Shown here: piece by piece, positions 45,761-53,682 of the stretch
How positions within the stretch are numbered: the first letter of the stretch is position 1
How the letters are laid out: the number at the start of each line of letters is the position of its first letter
Source of the DNA: a virus
Length of the DNA stretch: 64,000 bases
Reading direction: 5' to 3' (one strand)
Virus record (IMG/VR): IMGVR_UViG_3300020202_000066
Location: 1 to 64,000 of that record
Translations under genes and position numbers: made by a program
Notes under the pieces: model-generated
Database searches by the model: none
What the model saw: only the letters and a program-made list of their open reading frames with translations
Told to the model about the DNA's origin: nothing

Positions 45761-45846
45761 AGGACCGGAAGGGGATCGAACCCTTCGTGCGCCTCGCGGC
45801 GCGACGGCTTAAAAGGCCGCTGCCGACACCAGTCGGCCACCGGTCC
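45761..45846 (-). tRNA. tRNA with Lys(UUU) anticodon and long variable arm
   Basis: GCGGC-CTTTTAA-GCCGT then GCGCC-GCGA-GGCGC arm; GGACCGG/CCGGTCC acceptor. Confidence 0.85.
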
Positions 45847-45848
45847 GA

Positions 45849-45919
45849 TACCCCCGCCAGGAATTGCACCTGGGTCTCCACGTCATCAGCGTGGCATCCT
45901 GCTGTTGAACGACGGGGAT
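45849..45919 (-). tRNA. tRNA-Ile(GAU)
   Basis: CCACG-CTGATGA-CGTGG; T-loop TGCAA. Confidence 0.82.
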
Positions 45920-45924
45920 GCGGA

Positions 45925-45996
45925 TGAACCCGCCGGGATTCGCACCCGGATGCCCGGATTAAGAGTCCGGTCCGTTGCTGTTACGGTCACGGGTCC
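45925..45996 (-). tRNA. tRNA-Lys(CUU)
   Basis: CCGGA-CTCTTAA-TCCGG; T-loop TGCGA. Confidence 0.85.
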
Positions 45997-46008
45997 AGAG
46001 GAGGGGAG

Positions 46009-46081
46009 CAGCTCCTGATCGTGTCGAGCGATCACCTTCCGGGTCAAAGCCGGACGTGCAGAGCCGCTACACCAAGCAGCC
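46009..46081 (-). tRNA. tRNA-Gln(UUG)
   Basis: TCCGG-CTTTGAC-CCGGA; acceptor mismatch; T-loop CTCGACA. Confidence 0.72.
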
Positions 46082-46090
46082 GGGGGAGAG

Positions 46091-46161
46091 CAGCCGCCCA
46101 GGGAATCGAACCCCGACCCTCTCGGTCAGAACGAGGTGTGCTGCCACTACACCCGGCGGCT
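46091..46161 (-). tRNA. tRNA-Gln(CUG)
   Basis: Loop TTCTGAC. Confidence 0.87.
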
Positions 46162-46164
46162 TCG

Positions 46165-46355
46165 GAATTGATCCAGCTGGTTGACGGTGGGGCGGTGAAG
46201 CGAGAGCAGCGCCTCACTCTTACCCGCCGAGCGCCCTCGGCAGACCCCTCCGCCGACCAGCTACGCCTGGCGTTGCTGGATGGGTTTGGCCCGTCCGGGC
46301 CCGGGAATGCCGGCACCCGCGACGGGCCGACGCTTGAGCAGGAAGGAGCGGAGGA
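46165..46355 (-). ncRNA. unidentified structured spacer (~190 nt)
   Basis: 13-bp closing helix 46250-46262/46175-46187 enclosing two hairpins, plus an upstream long hairpin. Confidence 0.45.
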
Positions 46356-46356
46356 G

Positions 46357-46429
46357 TAGCCCGCCAGGGACTCGAACCCTGCTTTCCTGGCTGAGAACCA
46401 GGTGTCCTGGCCGGATAGACGAGCGGGCC
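46357..46429 (-). tRNA. tRNA-Glu(CUC)
   Basis: CCTGG-TTCTCAG-CCAGG. Confidence 0.9.
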
Positions 46430-46435
46430 ATGAGA

Positions 46436-46507
46436 TAGCCCGCCGGAGACTCGAACTCCGCTTCCCCGTTTGAAGGACGGGGGACTTCACCCATAGTCGA
46501 GCGGGCC
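46436..46507 (-). tRNA. tRNA-Glu(UUC), C33
   Basis: CCCGT-CCTTCAA-ACGGG. Confidence 0.85.
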
Positions 46508-46633
46508 GCGAGGAACGCGAGAAGGGCCCCGAGGGGCCGGCGTTCGAGCGGACCGGTGAGCGAGGGTGAGGAGTGCATGCGCCGGCATAGCGCTGCCCGG
46601 CCGGCGCGGGTGCATGTCGAGGACGACTGCGAG

Positions 46634-46900
46634 CTACTGGCCCGTCGACGTCGGATGCGGAGGCGGGTTGGTTTCGAGGTGCTCGAGCAGCGCGCGTACT
46701 GCGCAATCCTTCGACTCGATCAGCTTCCTGAGCGCCACGGTGCGCTCCGCGCTGCCGGGGAGCATCTGGACGAGCTGGTGAGCTAGCACGCAGTACGGCT
46801 CGCTGGCCTTCTGCAAGAAGAACGGCAGGTGCGCGAAGCGGAAGAACTTCAGCAGGGGCTCGGGGGGCGGTGCCGCGGGGACTTCGGTCGTGTCGGTCAT
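46634..46900 (-). CDS. conserved phage helical-hairpin protein
   Basis: FFRFAHLP..ERTVALRKLIESKDCAVRA; GAGGAG RBS. Confidence 0.75.
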   Translation of the reverse strand: MTDTTEVPAAPPPEPLLKFFRFAHLPFFLQKASEPYCVLAHQLVQMLPGSAERTVALRKLIESKDCAVRALLEHLETNPPPHPTSTGQ

Positions 46901-47056
46901 AGGCAGACTCTCCTCGTGGTCGGAGCCAGAATGACTTGGGCGTCGGTGTGAGCCGCTGGAAGCTCCCCGGCGTCAGGGCCCCGCGTGCGATGGAACCGGG
47001 TCTTGTCCCCACGGGCCTGTGCTTCGGCCAACCTCGACCGTCAGCAGCTCGGGCGA

Positions 47057-47085
47057 ACCGTAGGCGCGCCGGGGCGCGGGCGCAA
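47057..47085 (-). promoter_or_regulatory. sigma70-like promoter upstream of the tRNA operon
   Basis: TTGCGC-N17-TACGGT, same style as the 37.6 and 38.4 kb promoters. Confidence 0.6.
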
Positions 47086-47241
47086 GCACTGTCAGCCGGG
47101 GATAGCGAGGGCCACCAGGCTGACGACCGCGACCGACTCCAGGATCGCGACGAAGTCGAACAGCAGGATGGCTCGCTCCGTCGGCTCGAACGACCTTCCG
47201 TCGAGCCAACGGGCGATCAGGTACGTCACGGATACCTCCCT

Positions 47242-47415
47242 TCAGCGCGGCAGCACGACCTCCGTCGGCGTGTGTCCGTTCACCAGGTAGTAGATCAGCC
47301 CGTGCCAGCCGTAGCAGTGAACGATCCACGCGAGGATCGGGATCCCGATGAGGATGAAGAGGATGAGCACGGCGGCTTCATCGGATGATTCGCCGCGTCG
47401 GTTGAGGCGGGTCAC
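47242..47415 (-). CDS. small membrane protein
   Basis: GTG coupled to upstream stop; one TM. Confidence 0.45.
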   Translation of the reverse strand: MTRLNRRGESSDEAAVLILFILIGIPILAWIVHCYGWHGLIYYLVNGHTPTEVVLPR

Positions 47416-47687
47416 TTCGCATCGTCTCCCACACCGGTGAACTTCACCGAGCAGCGGAGGTGCTTGCCGGGCGTGCTGGCCCACCAGTCGTAGAGCCACG
47501 CGACGAGGGCGAACGGGGTCACGAGGAGGGCGCACACGCCGGCGACCAGCAGAGGTCCGCCGATCAGAAGGATGACCAAGAGCCACGGGAAGGCCAGCGG
47601 CGTGCAGCCGAGCGCAGCAACCCACCCCGGCCAGATCTGAAAGCCCCATCCGATCAGGGACACGATCGCGAGCGCATATGGCATCAC
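47412..47687 (-). CDS. membrane protein
   Basis: Very hydrophobic; GAGGAGG RBS. Confidence 0.55.
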   Translation of the reverse strand: MMPYALAIVSLIGWGFQIWPGWVAALGCTPLAFPWLLVILLIGGPLLVAGVCALLVTPFALVAWLYDWWASTPGKHLRCSVKFTGVGDDAK

Positions 47688-47895
47688 GTGCCTCCTCAGC
47701 AGCTACTCGTCCCCGGCCTGCGGCCAGTTGGGCAACAAGGCACTGGCCAGTGCAGTGGTTTCACCGTAGCCGAGGTACGGCCCAGCGGGGGACGGTCAGT
47801 CTCGGCGGAGGGGACCGCGACCAACTCCTTAAGGAATTGCAAATTCAGCTGGGATCATGGTTCCATGTCCGCACGGGGGGGCATTGGAGGTTCGC

Positions 47896-48852
47896 ATGAC
47901 GGATCCGGGAACAACGAAAAGATCCATCTACTTCTTTCGGGTGAGGGTAGCTCCGGACACGAACGGACGAGCACAGGAGTTCAATCCGGACGAGGCTGTG
48001 CGACGCATCGCAGAACTCTCATTCGCGCGGAACATCACCGGTGCCAGCAGCGCCTACCACACTTACCAAGACGGTTCTGCGGTCGCTGTATGGCCCCTGC
48101 CGCAGACCCCGGCCCCGCGGGTTGGTTTGAAACTCGGGGGGCTGCGGAGGCAGAACCTACCTCACCTTGAGGACGGTGGAAATCTTGACGCGCTGAATCT
48201 GCAGGTCGGAAAGAACTTGGCGGAGTTGACTCACATGGTCTTCTTCAAGGAAAAGAAGCAACTAATCGTGGCTTCGGAGGCCAACTTTTTTGGTCCAAGG
48301 CCAACCAGATTTCCGTATTATCTTCAGGCGAAGTTTTCGGATATGCCCCAGATCTTCCTGGAGCTGCTCGTCAATGAACACATGGCCAAGAAGTTGAACA
48401 CGCTCGAGGATATCCGCCTGCTTCGCCTCAAGCTGCGACGGAGCAACGCCGATGTTCTGAAAGAGGCCAGCCCGAGCCTGGCTAAAGCCCTCCAAGCGGC
48501 ATGCGAAGATGCAGACGCGCCCGTGTTCGAACTCACTCTGCGCGCCGATGAGCGCTCGCGCCAGGCGCTGAACCCTTCCTTGATCGACATGGTTAAGAAC
48601 ATCATCGGCTTGGGTCTTGTCGATAGAGGTAGGGAGGAGATTGTTGTCCGAGGCTATAGCAACGAAACTTCCCGAGTGGAGGAGTTCGACCTCCTAAAGG
48701 ACCGCGCTGTGGTGAAGACTGTGGTCATGAAGGAGTCCGAGAAGTCTCGGAATGTTGACTCTGAGGACATGATCTCTAAGATGATCGAGTCCTACGAGGG
48801 AGAGAAGTCATGGCTGCTGAAGGCCCCGTCGCTCGCATCACTTCGGCAGTAG
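47896..48852 (+). CDS. DUF6731-like soluble protein (accessory cassette gene 1)
   Basis: GGAGG RBS; lower GC; AELTHMVFF..NFFGPR..FDLLKDR. Confidence 0.65.
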   Translation: MTDPGTTKRSIYFFRVRVAPDTNGRAQEFNPDEAVRRIAELSFARNITGASSAYHTYQDGSAVAVWPLPQTPAPRVGLKLGGLRRQNLPHLEDGGNLDALNLQVGKNLAELTHMVFFKEKKQLIVASEANFFGPRPTRFPYYLQAKFSDMPQIFLELLVNEHMAKKLNTLEDIRLLRLKLRRSNADVLKEASPSLAKALQAACEDADAPVFELTLRADERSRQALNPSLIDMVKNIIGLGLVDRGREEIVVRGYSNETSRVEEFDLLKDRAVVKTVVMKESEKSRNVDSEDMISKMIESYEGEKSWLLKAPSLASLRQ

Positions 48853-49361
48853 ATCTCTTCCTCCAACGCTGGTTCCTGGCGATTGATTTTTGCGTCTCTT
48901 CGGGCGCTTTCCTGATCCTGCTCGGAATCAATGCCTGCAGACCGTTCGTCTCAGTCCCGGCCGGGATGAGGTCGATGCTCTACAGCACCACCGTTTCGCT
49001 CTGTGGCTCGCTTCTTGGGTTTCTCATATCAGCTGTCTCTATCATCATTGCCTTGGCCTCGCTGCCACAGTTCCAGATTCTGAAGGACAGCGGTGCGCTG
49101 CCACAGCTGTACCAAGTCTACTTCCAGGCCATATTTTGGCTTGGCGCAGCCACCGCTTGGGCCTTTGCGGCGATGCTCATCGACACGGATGCGAGCCCGC
49201 ATCCCTGGGTTGGATGGGTGCAATTCTGGCTGTTGCTCGTGGCTGCGATCCGGACGTATCGATCGGTCCGGTATCTTCGAAAGATGACTGTGGCGGCCGC
49301 CGCAGCACCGGCCGATGCTGACCGCGCTAGAGCACCGGAGCCGGAGTCGGCCTTCGGCTAG
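48810..49361 (+). CDS. 4-TM membrane protein (accessory cassette gene 2)
   Basis: Four hydrophobic helices; SLLGFLISAVSII. Confidence 0.7.
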   Translation: MAAEGPVARITSAVDLFLQRWFLAIDFCVSSGAFLILLGINACRPFVSVPAGMRSMLYSTTVSLCGSLLGFLISAVSIIIALASLPQFQILKDSGALPQLYQVYFQAIFWLGAATAWAFAAMLIDTDASPHPWVGWVQFWLLLVAAIRTYRSVRYLRKMTVAAAAAPADADRARAPEPESAFG

Positions 49362-49804
49362 CCGATCGGTGCCCGCTTCGTAGGGCAGGAAGAGTGGTCA
49401 GCAACTCTGGTTGACCCGATGGAACATCGCCGGATCGGCCGGCAAGCGCGCTAGGAGGAGTGGACGTCGCGACGGTGGCGGGTCTCACTTCCTCCGGATC
49501 GGGATCGTGCGCCATCCGCTCTCAGGCTTCGAGTCGACCCACACGACCTCGCCCTCGACGCCGCAGCGGAGGCACTCCCAGCCATCGAGCACCAACGGCC
49601 CGGCGGTCGTCGAGTGCCGTGCGGCCTCCTTCAAGCGCTCCGCATCGCGGTGGATCCACAGGTGATCCCAGAGCCAGCACCACACGGCCGTCACCTCGCT
49701 GTTCTCACTTCGGCCCGGTGCTGAGAACACCGGGCTCGCCGTTCTCAGCGCGGCAAGTACGGGTGGAGCGTGGGGAGGCGAGGCGTTCGGCCGGCTGCGG
49801 GATG

Positions 49805-50128
49805 TCAGTCCACGAACTCCGCCGGCCGGTCATCGACCTCGACGGGCTCCCGCTCCGCCATCGCCGCGGTCCGATCGATCTTGAACCGGTCGCCGTTGCC
49901 CCATGGCGTGGCGGTCACGAGCCAGTTCCGGTGCTCGCAGCCGGCGCAGTCCAGGTACCGTCGGCCGTCGACCTCCCCGGCGGTGAAGTGGCGATCGAGC
50001 GTGGGCTCCCCGCCGCGCTTCTTCGGCACGTGGTCGACGAAGAGAGGACCGCCGCACCCGCCGCACTCGGGCGAGCCGACCAAGGTGAGCGTGGAGTCGG
50101 GGGTCAGGGTTCGCGGGAGCGCGGGCAT
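49805..50128 (-). CDS. Zn-ribbon hypothetical protein
   Basis: CGGC..CAGC; AGGAGG RBS. Confidence 0.55.
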   Translation of the reverse strand: MPALPRTLTPDSTLTLVGSPECGGCGGPLFVDHVPKKRGGEPTLDRHFTAGEVDGRRYLDCAGCEHRNWLVTATPWGNGDRFKIDRTAAMAEREPVEVDDRPAEFVD

Positions 50129-50219
50129 GGGGATCCTCCTTGGGGTTGCGGTGTAGGTGGTGCGGTACACCCGTGAGTGTAATTTGGGTGTGCGCCGCTG
50201 TCCACCATGATCGGAGGGA

Positions 50220-51167
50220 TCACCCGGACCGGAGCCCCGGCAGCCGGCACCGGGGGCAGACCTCGTACAAGCGGGCGTCTTTGCACACTGCGCAGGGCAG
50301 CTTGAGCGTGTCGCACTCCTGCCGGTACCGCAGCGCACAGGGATCGCAGAGCTCGAATTCGTCGGGCACCGAGGTCCTGAGGTCCATCGATGCGCAGGCG
50401 GCACAGAGGTGACTCGTGCATGCCTCCACCGCGAGCGCTTCCTCCGCACGGTTCGGCCGCGGCCGGGGGACCTCCCACCCCTTGCCGCACTTCTCGCAGC
50501 CGACCTGCCTGCGCTGGAAGCCGATGGAGGGTCCGTCGACGAGCTTGTGGCGGATCACGGCCGCCGCGGCGGTGGGTGGATCGTTCGGCTGCGCGGACTC
50601 CTCGACAGGGGGCAACGGATCGGTGGAGCTCCGAGGAATTTTGGGGGAGTCCTCCGCCGCGGGCGGACAGCGAGGGGGGCGACCGGCCTGGTCGAGGGGC
50701 TCGTACACGACCACCCGGACGTCGGGGAGCCCGGCGAAGGCGCGCTCGATCAGGGGGCGGACGTCGGACCAGGCGAGCCCGCCCAAGCCGCAGCCCAGTG
50801 CGGGGATGGCGATCGATGGGATGCTCCGCTCCTTCACCTCACGGACCAGCGCGGCCAGCCCGGTCTCGATGTAAGCCAGAGTGCTCTTGCCGGTCCAGCG
50901 CCGCTTCGTCGGGAAGTTGATGATGAGGGAGCGGGGCCCGAGTCGACCCAGGTCGAACACGAACAGGCGGCCCGGGTAAACGTCGCCGCGGTCGCACGCT
51001 GCGACGTAAGCCTTGAAGTTCTCTGGATACGCGGCTTTGAACTTGGCGGCGAGGCCCGCTCCCATCACGCCGAGGCAGTTCACGGGGTTGACCAAGGCCA
51101 CGACGTCGGCCCAGAGAATGTCGCCTGTGTTGAACTCGATGTGGGACGGGCTGGGCTGGATGTTCAA
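50220..51167 (-). CDS. DarG-like macrodomain with C-terminal Cys-rich region
   Basis: GDI..LVNPVNCLGVMGAGLA..IINFPTK..IPALGCGLGGLAW. Confidence 0.85.
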   Translation of the reverse strand: MNIQPSPSHIEFNTGDILWADVVALVNPVNCLGVMGAGLAAKFKAAYPENFKAYVAACDRGDVYPGRLFVFDLGRLGPRSLIINFPTKRRWTGKSTLAYIETGLAALVREVKERSIPSIAIPALGCGLGGLAWSDVRPLIERAFAGLPDVRVVVYEPLDQAGRPPRCPPAAEDSPKIPRSSTDPLPPVEESAQPNDPPTAAAAVIRHKLVDGPSIGFQRRQVGCEKCGKGWEVPRPRPNRAEEALAVEACTSHLCAACASMDLRTSVPDEFELCDPCALRYRQECDTLKLPCAVCKDARLYEVCPRCRLPGLRSG

Positions 51168-51236
51168 GCGGCACGACCTTTCGGGACGGGACTGGAGCCA
51201 GGGAGACCACCCGGCACCGTAGCCGCTCCGTGAAGT

Positions 51237-51803
51237 TCAGTCGACCTCGATCGCGGCGCGCAGCGTCACCCGCGCCCGACGCAGGGCCGACCGGTGCGCC
51301 CCCGAGTGAACTCCCGTCGCCGCGGTGATCTCCCGTTCCTGGTGGCGCTGGATCGGCCCGAGAATGACGGCGGTCCGCTGCTTCTTCGGCAGCATGTTGA
51401 TCTTCGCCACCAACCGGGAGAGCACGTCCCGTACCTCGACGGCGATCTCCGGTCCCCGCTCCGGCCGGTCCGGCGGCTGCACACCCACAGCATCCAGGCT
51501 CTCGCACGTGGTCTGCGCAAGGCGCCGGGCCTGCCGCCGGTACCGCATCGACCGGATCATCGCGGTGTTCAGCGCCACGCGGTAGAGCCAGGATGAGAAG
51601 AGGCTCCGGTGCTGGAACGAGGGGAGAGAGCGGTGGACCTGCAGCCACACGTCCTGCACGGCGTCCTCGAGCTCGAACTCAACCACGTACCGTGTGCAGG
51701 CTCGCCGGACGAGCGCGACGTGACGGCGGTACAGGGACGCGAAGGCGTCGTGGTCTCCGGCTGCGGCGAGAGCGACGGCATCGTGGTCCGGGTCGGGCGT
51801 CAC
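51237..51803 (-). CDS. ECF sigma factor
   Basis: AFASLYRRH..EDAVQDVWL..FSSWLYRVALN..LP..QR..L.RAR. Confidence 0.85.
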   Translation of the reverse strand: MTPDPDHDAVALAAAGDHDAFASLYRRHVALVRRACTRYVVEFELEDAVQDVWLQVHRSLPSFQHRSLFSSWLYRVALNTAMIRSMRYRRQARRLAQTTCESLDAVGVQPPDRPERGPEIAVEVRDVLSRLVAKINMLPKKQRTAVILGPIQRHQEREITAATGVHSGAHRSALRRARVTLRAAIEVD

Positions 51804-52117
51804 TGCTGGACCACTTCCTGAGAATTCCGGAAAATTTTGGGGAGGAGAGAGGGGGACCGATTTTGGAAAAATGGGATGTTACGAGGGGGGGCTACCGGGA
51901 CCCCCTCCGAGGCGGTAATAATTCCCCACCCTGCCGCGGTGGCCCGCGCCGCCGAGGCACGCCCGCCGGACCGAGCTGTCGGCTGCTGCCGACACCGAGC
52001 CGCGCTCGGCGCGGTCGACTCGGCTGGCCTGTCGAGGTCGAAACCTGTTGCGCACACCCCGAGAATCGGGTATGAGAATGGTACTTCTGGTTTGAAGTCG
52101 ACGAGAGGAGTGCGGCG

Positions 52118-53071
52118 ATGGAGACCCGACCTGTCCCTTCCGAGCTCGTGGTCACCCACGAGATCCCCGCCGACCGGAACCCGGCGCTGGTCTATCTGGG
52201 CAGCCTTGGGGCCGGCAGTCTCCACTCCCAGACCGGCGCGCTCGAGCAGATGGCCCGCCTCCTCAGCGGCGGACTCGTCGGCCTGCGGGAACTCAACTGG
52301 TCCGCCGTCCGATACCCGCACGTCGCGCGCCTCAGGACATTGCTGGTCGACCAAGGCAAGGCGCCCGCGACGGTGAACCGATTCCTGGCAGCCATCAAGG
52401 GAACTGCCCGGGAATCCTGGCGACTCGGGTACATCGATGCCGAAGAGCTGCGGCGTGTCGAAGACGTGAAGTCCGTGCGAGGCTCGACCCTCCCCGCAGG
52501 CCGGGCACTTTCCATCGCCGAGGTTCAGGCGCTCGGCAATGCGTGCGACCGGACCACCCCCGGCGGGGCGCGCGATGCTGCGATGATCGCAGTCCTGTTC
52601 GGCGGGGGCCTGCGCCGGCAGGAGCTGGTCTCGCTTGACCTCAGCGACTACACGCCCGTGACCGGCGAGCTCCGCATCCGCGCTGGCAAGGGGCACAAGG
52701 AGCGGCTCGTGTACGCGACCAACGGCAGCGCGACCCTCCTGGCCGCCTGGCTTGCGCATCGCGGCGGCGAGCCGGGGCCGCTGTTCGTCCCCGTGAACAA
52801 GGGCGGTCGGGTGACGATCGCTCGCTTGAACCCACAAGCGGTGTACATGATGCTGCGAGCTCGTGGCGCCGAGGCGGGCCTCGCCCCCTTCAGCCCGCAC
52901 GACCTGCGCCGGACCTTCATCGGCGAGCTGCTGGACCGTGGGGCCGACCTCGCTGCAGTGCAGCAGCTCGCCGGTCACGCGAACATCACCACGACCGCCC
53001 GGTACGACCGCCGCGGAGAGCGCGCCAAGCGCAAGGCCGCCGAGCTCCTGCACATCCCGTTCGGCCAGTAG
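52118..53071 (+). CDS. XerC/D-like tyrosine recombinase
   Basis: GLRRQE, GKGHKER, PHDLRRT, AGHANITTTARY. Confidence 0.9.
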   Translation: METRPVPSELVVTHEIPADRNPALVYLGSLGAGSLHSQTGALEQMARLLSGGLVGLRELNWSAVRYPHVARLRTLLVDQGKAPATVNRFLAAIKGTARESWRLGYIDAEELRRVEDVKSVRGSTLPAGRALSIAEVQALGNACDRTTPGGARDAAMIAVLFGGGLRRQELVSLDLSDYTPVTGELRIRAGKGHKERLVYATNGSATLLAAWLAHRGGEPGPLFVPVNKGGRVTIARLNPQAVYMMLRARGAEAGLAPFSPHDLRRTFIGELLDRGADLAAVQQLAGHANITTTARYDRRGERAKRKAAELLHIPFGQ

Positions 53072-53073
53072 CA

Positions 53074-53682
53074 TCACGCCGCCTTCGTGCCGGCAGCCGC
53101 GGCGGCCGCCTTGGCAGCTTCCTTCGCCCGGGCCGCGGCCTTGCGCGCCTGGCGCTTCTCCTCGCGGGTGAGCTTCCTCGCGCGATGCTTCGGCTTCTTC
53201 GGCCGACCGTGCGGAACAGAAGCAACGCCCCGCAGCACGCCGAGGCGCTTGGCGTTGTCCCCGAGTTCGCGGTCGATCTGCTCGTCCGTGAGCTTGTCGG
53301 GGTCCGCGTCCTGGTCCACGACCTGGATCTTGCCGGTGTCGATGCGCAGCTTGATGCGCGACTGCCGCGCCTCGCGCGCCTGCTTGATCAGCGCCGCCTG
53401 CTGGGTCGCGGTGATGGGCCGGGGCTTGCCGTCTGCGTCCTTCGCGTCGAGCTCCGCGAGGGCTCGCTCCTCCAGCGACACGAAGAACGCCTCACAGCCC
53501 GCGAGGAACTCGGCGGGCTTCTGGTTCCAGCTGTCGCGGTGCCGCGCGCGCAGGCGCTTCTTCCAGACGCGAACACTGTCGGCGTCGGCCTGGAAGTGGT
53601 CCTCGATCTGGGAGTTGCGCCAGCCGGCGAGGACCATGCGCTCGAGGTCGCGCATCTCGACGTCGGTCAGTCTGCGGGCCAC
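53074..53682 (-). CDS. HTH protein, possibly terminase small subunit
   Basis: N-term HTH, helical core, DKLTDEQI tail; GGAGG-GTG start; no terL adjacent. Confidence 0.45.
   Translation of the reverse strand: MARRLTDVEMRDLERMVLAGWRNSQIEDHFQADADSVRVWKKRLRARHRDSWNQKPAEFLAGCEAFFVSLEERALAELDAKDADGKPRPITATQQAALIKQAREARQSRIKLRIDTGKIQVVDQDADPDKLTDEQIDRELGDNAKRLGVLRGVASVPHGRPKKPKHRARKLTREEKRQARKAAARAKEAAKAAAAAAGTKAA

Noticed and set aside
43130-46355. Naming the spacers as Y RNA, GOLLD, tmRNA or 6S
   Set aside because: No bulged-C Ro-binding helix, too short for GOLLD, no tmRNA ends or tag frame; no Ro60 gene in the window.
46436-46507. Possible Sec/opal suppressor tRNA (TTCAA in loop)
   Set aside because: Stem register gives loop CC-TTC-AA (Glu) and the body matches adjacent Glu(CUC). 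No stop-codon anticodons in the array, and all three stops are used normally.
42131-46578. Many ORF-track ORFs overlapping the tRNA array
   Set aside because: Shadow frames over tRNA genes with no RBS or protein motifs; only 45369-45671 and the two leader peptides are supported.
46510-46633. A third leader-peptide attenuator before block A
   Set aside because: No RBS-led Lys/Gln/Glu-rich uORF and only a weak hairpin without a clear U-tract.
46960-47040. ykkC or ydaO riboswitch in the operon leader
   Set aside because: Only a partial 3' resemblance; conserved 5' elements are absent.
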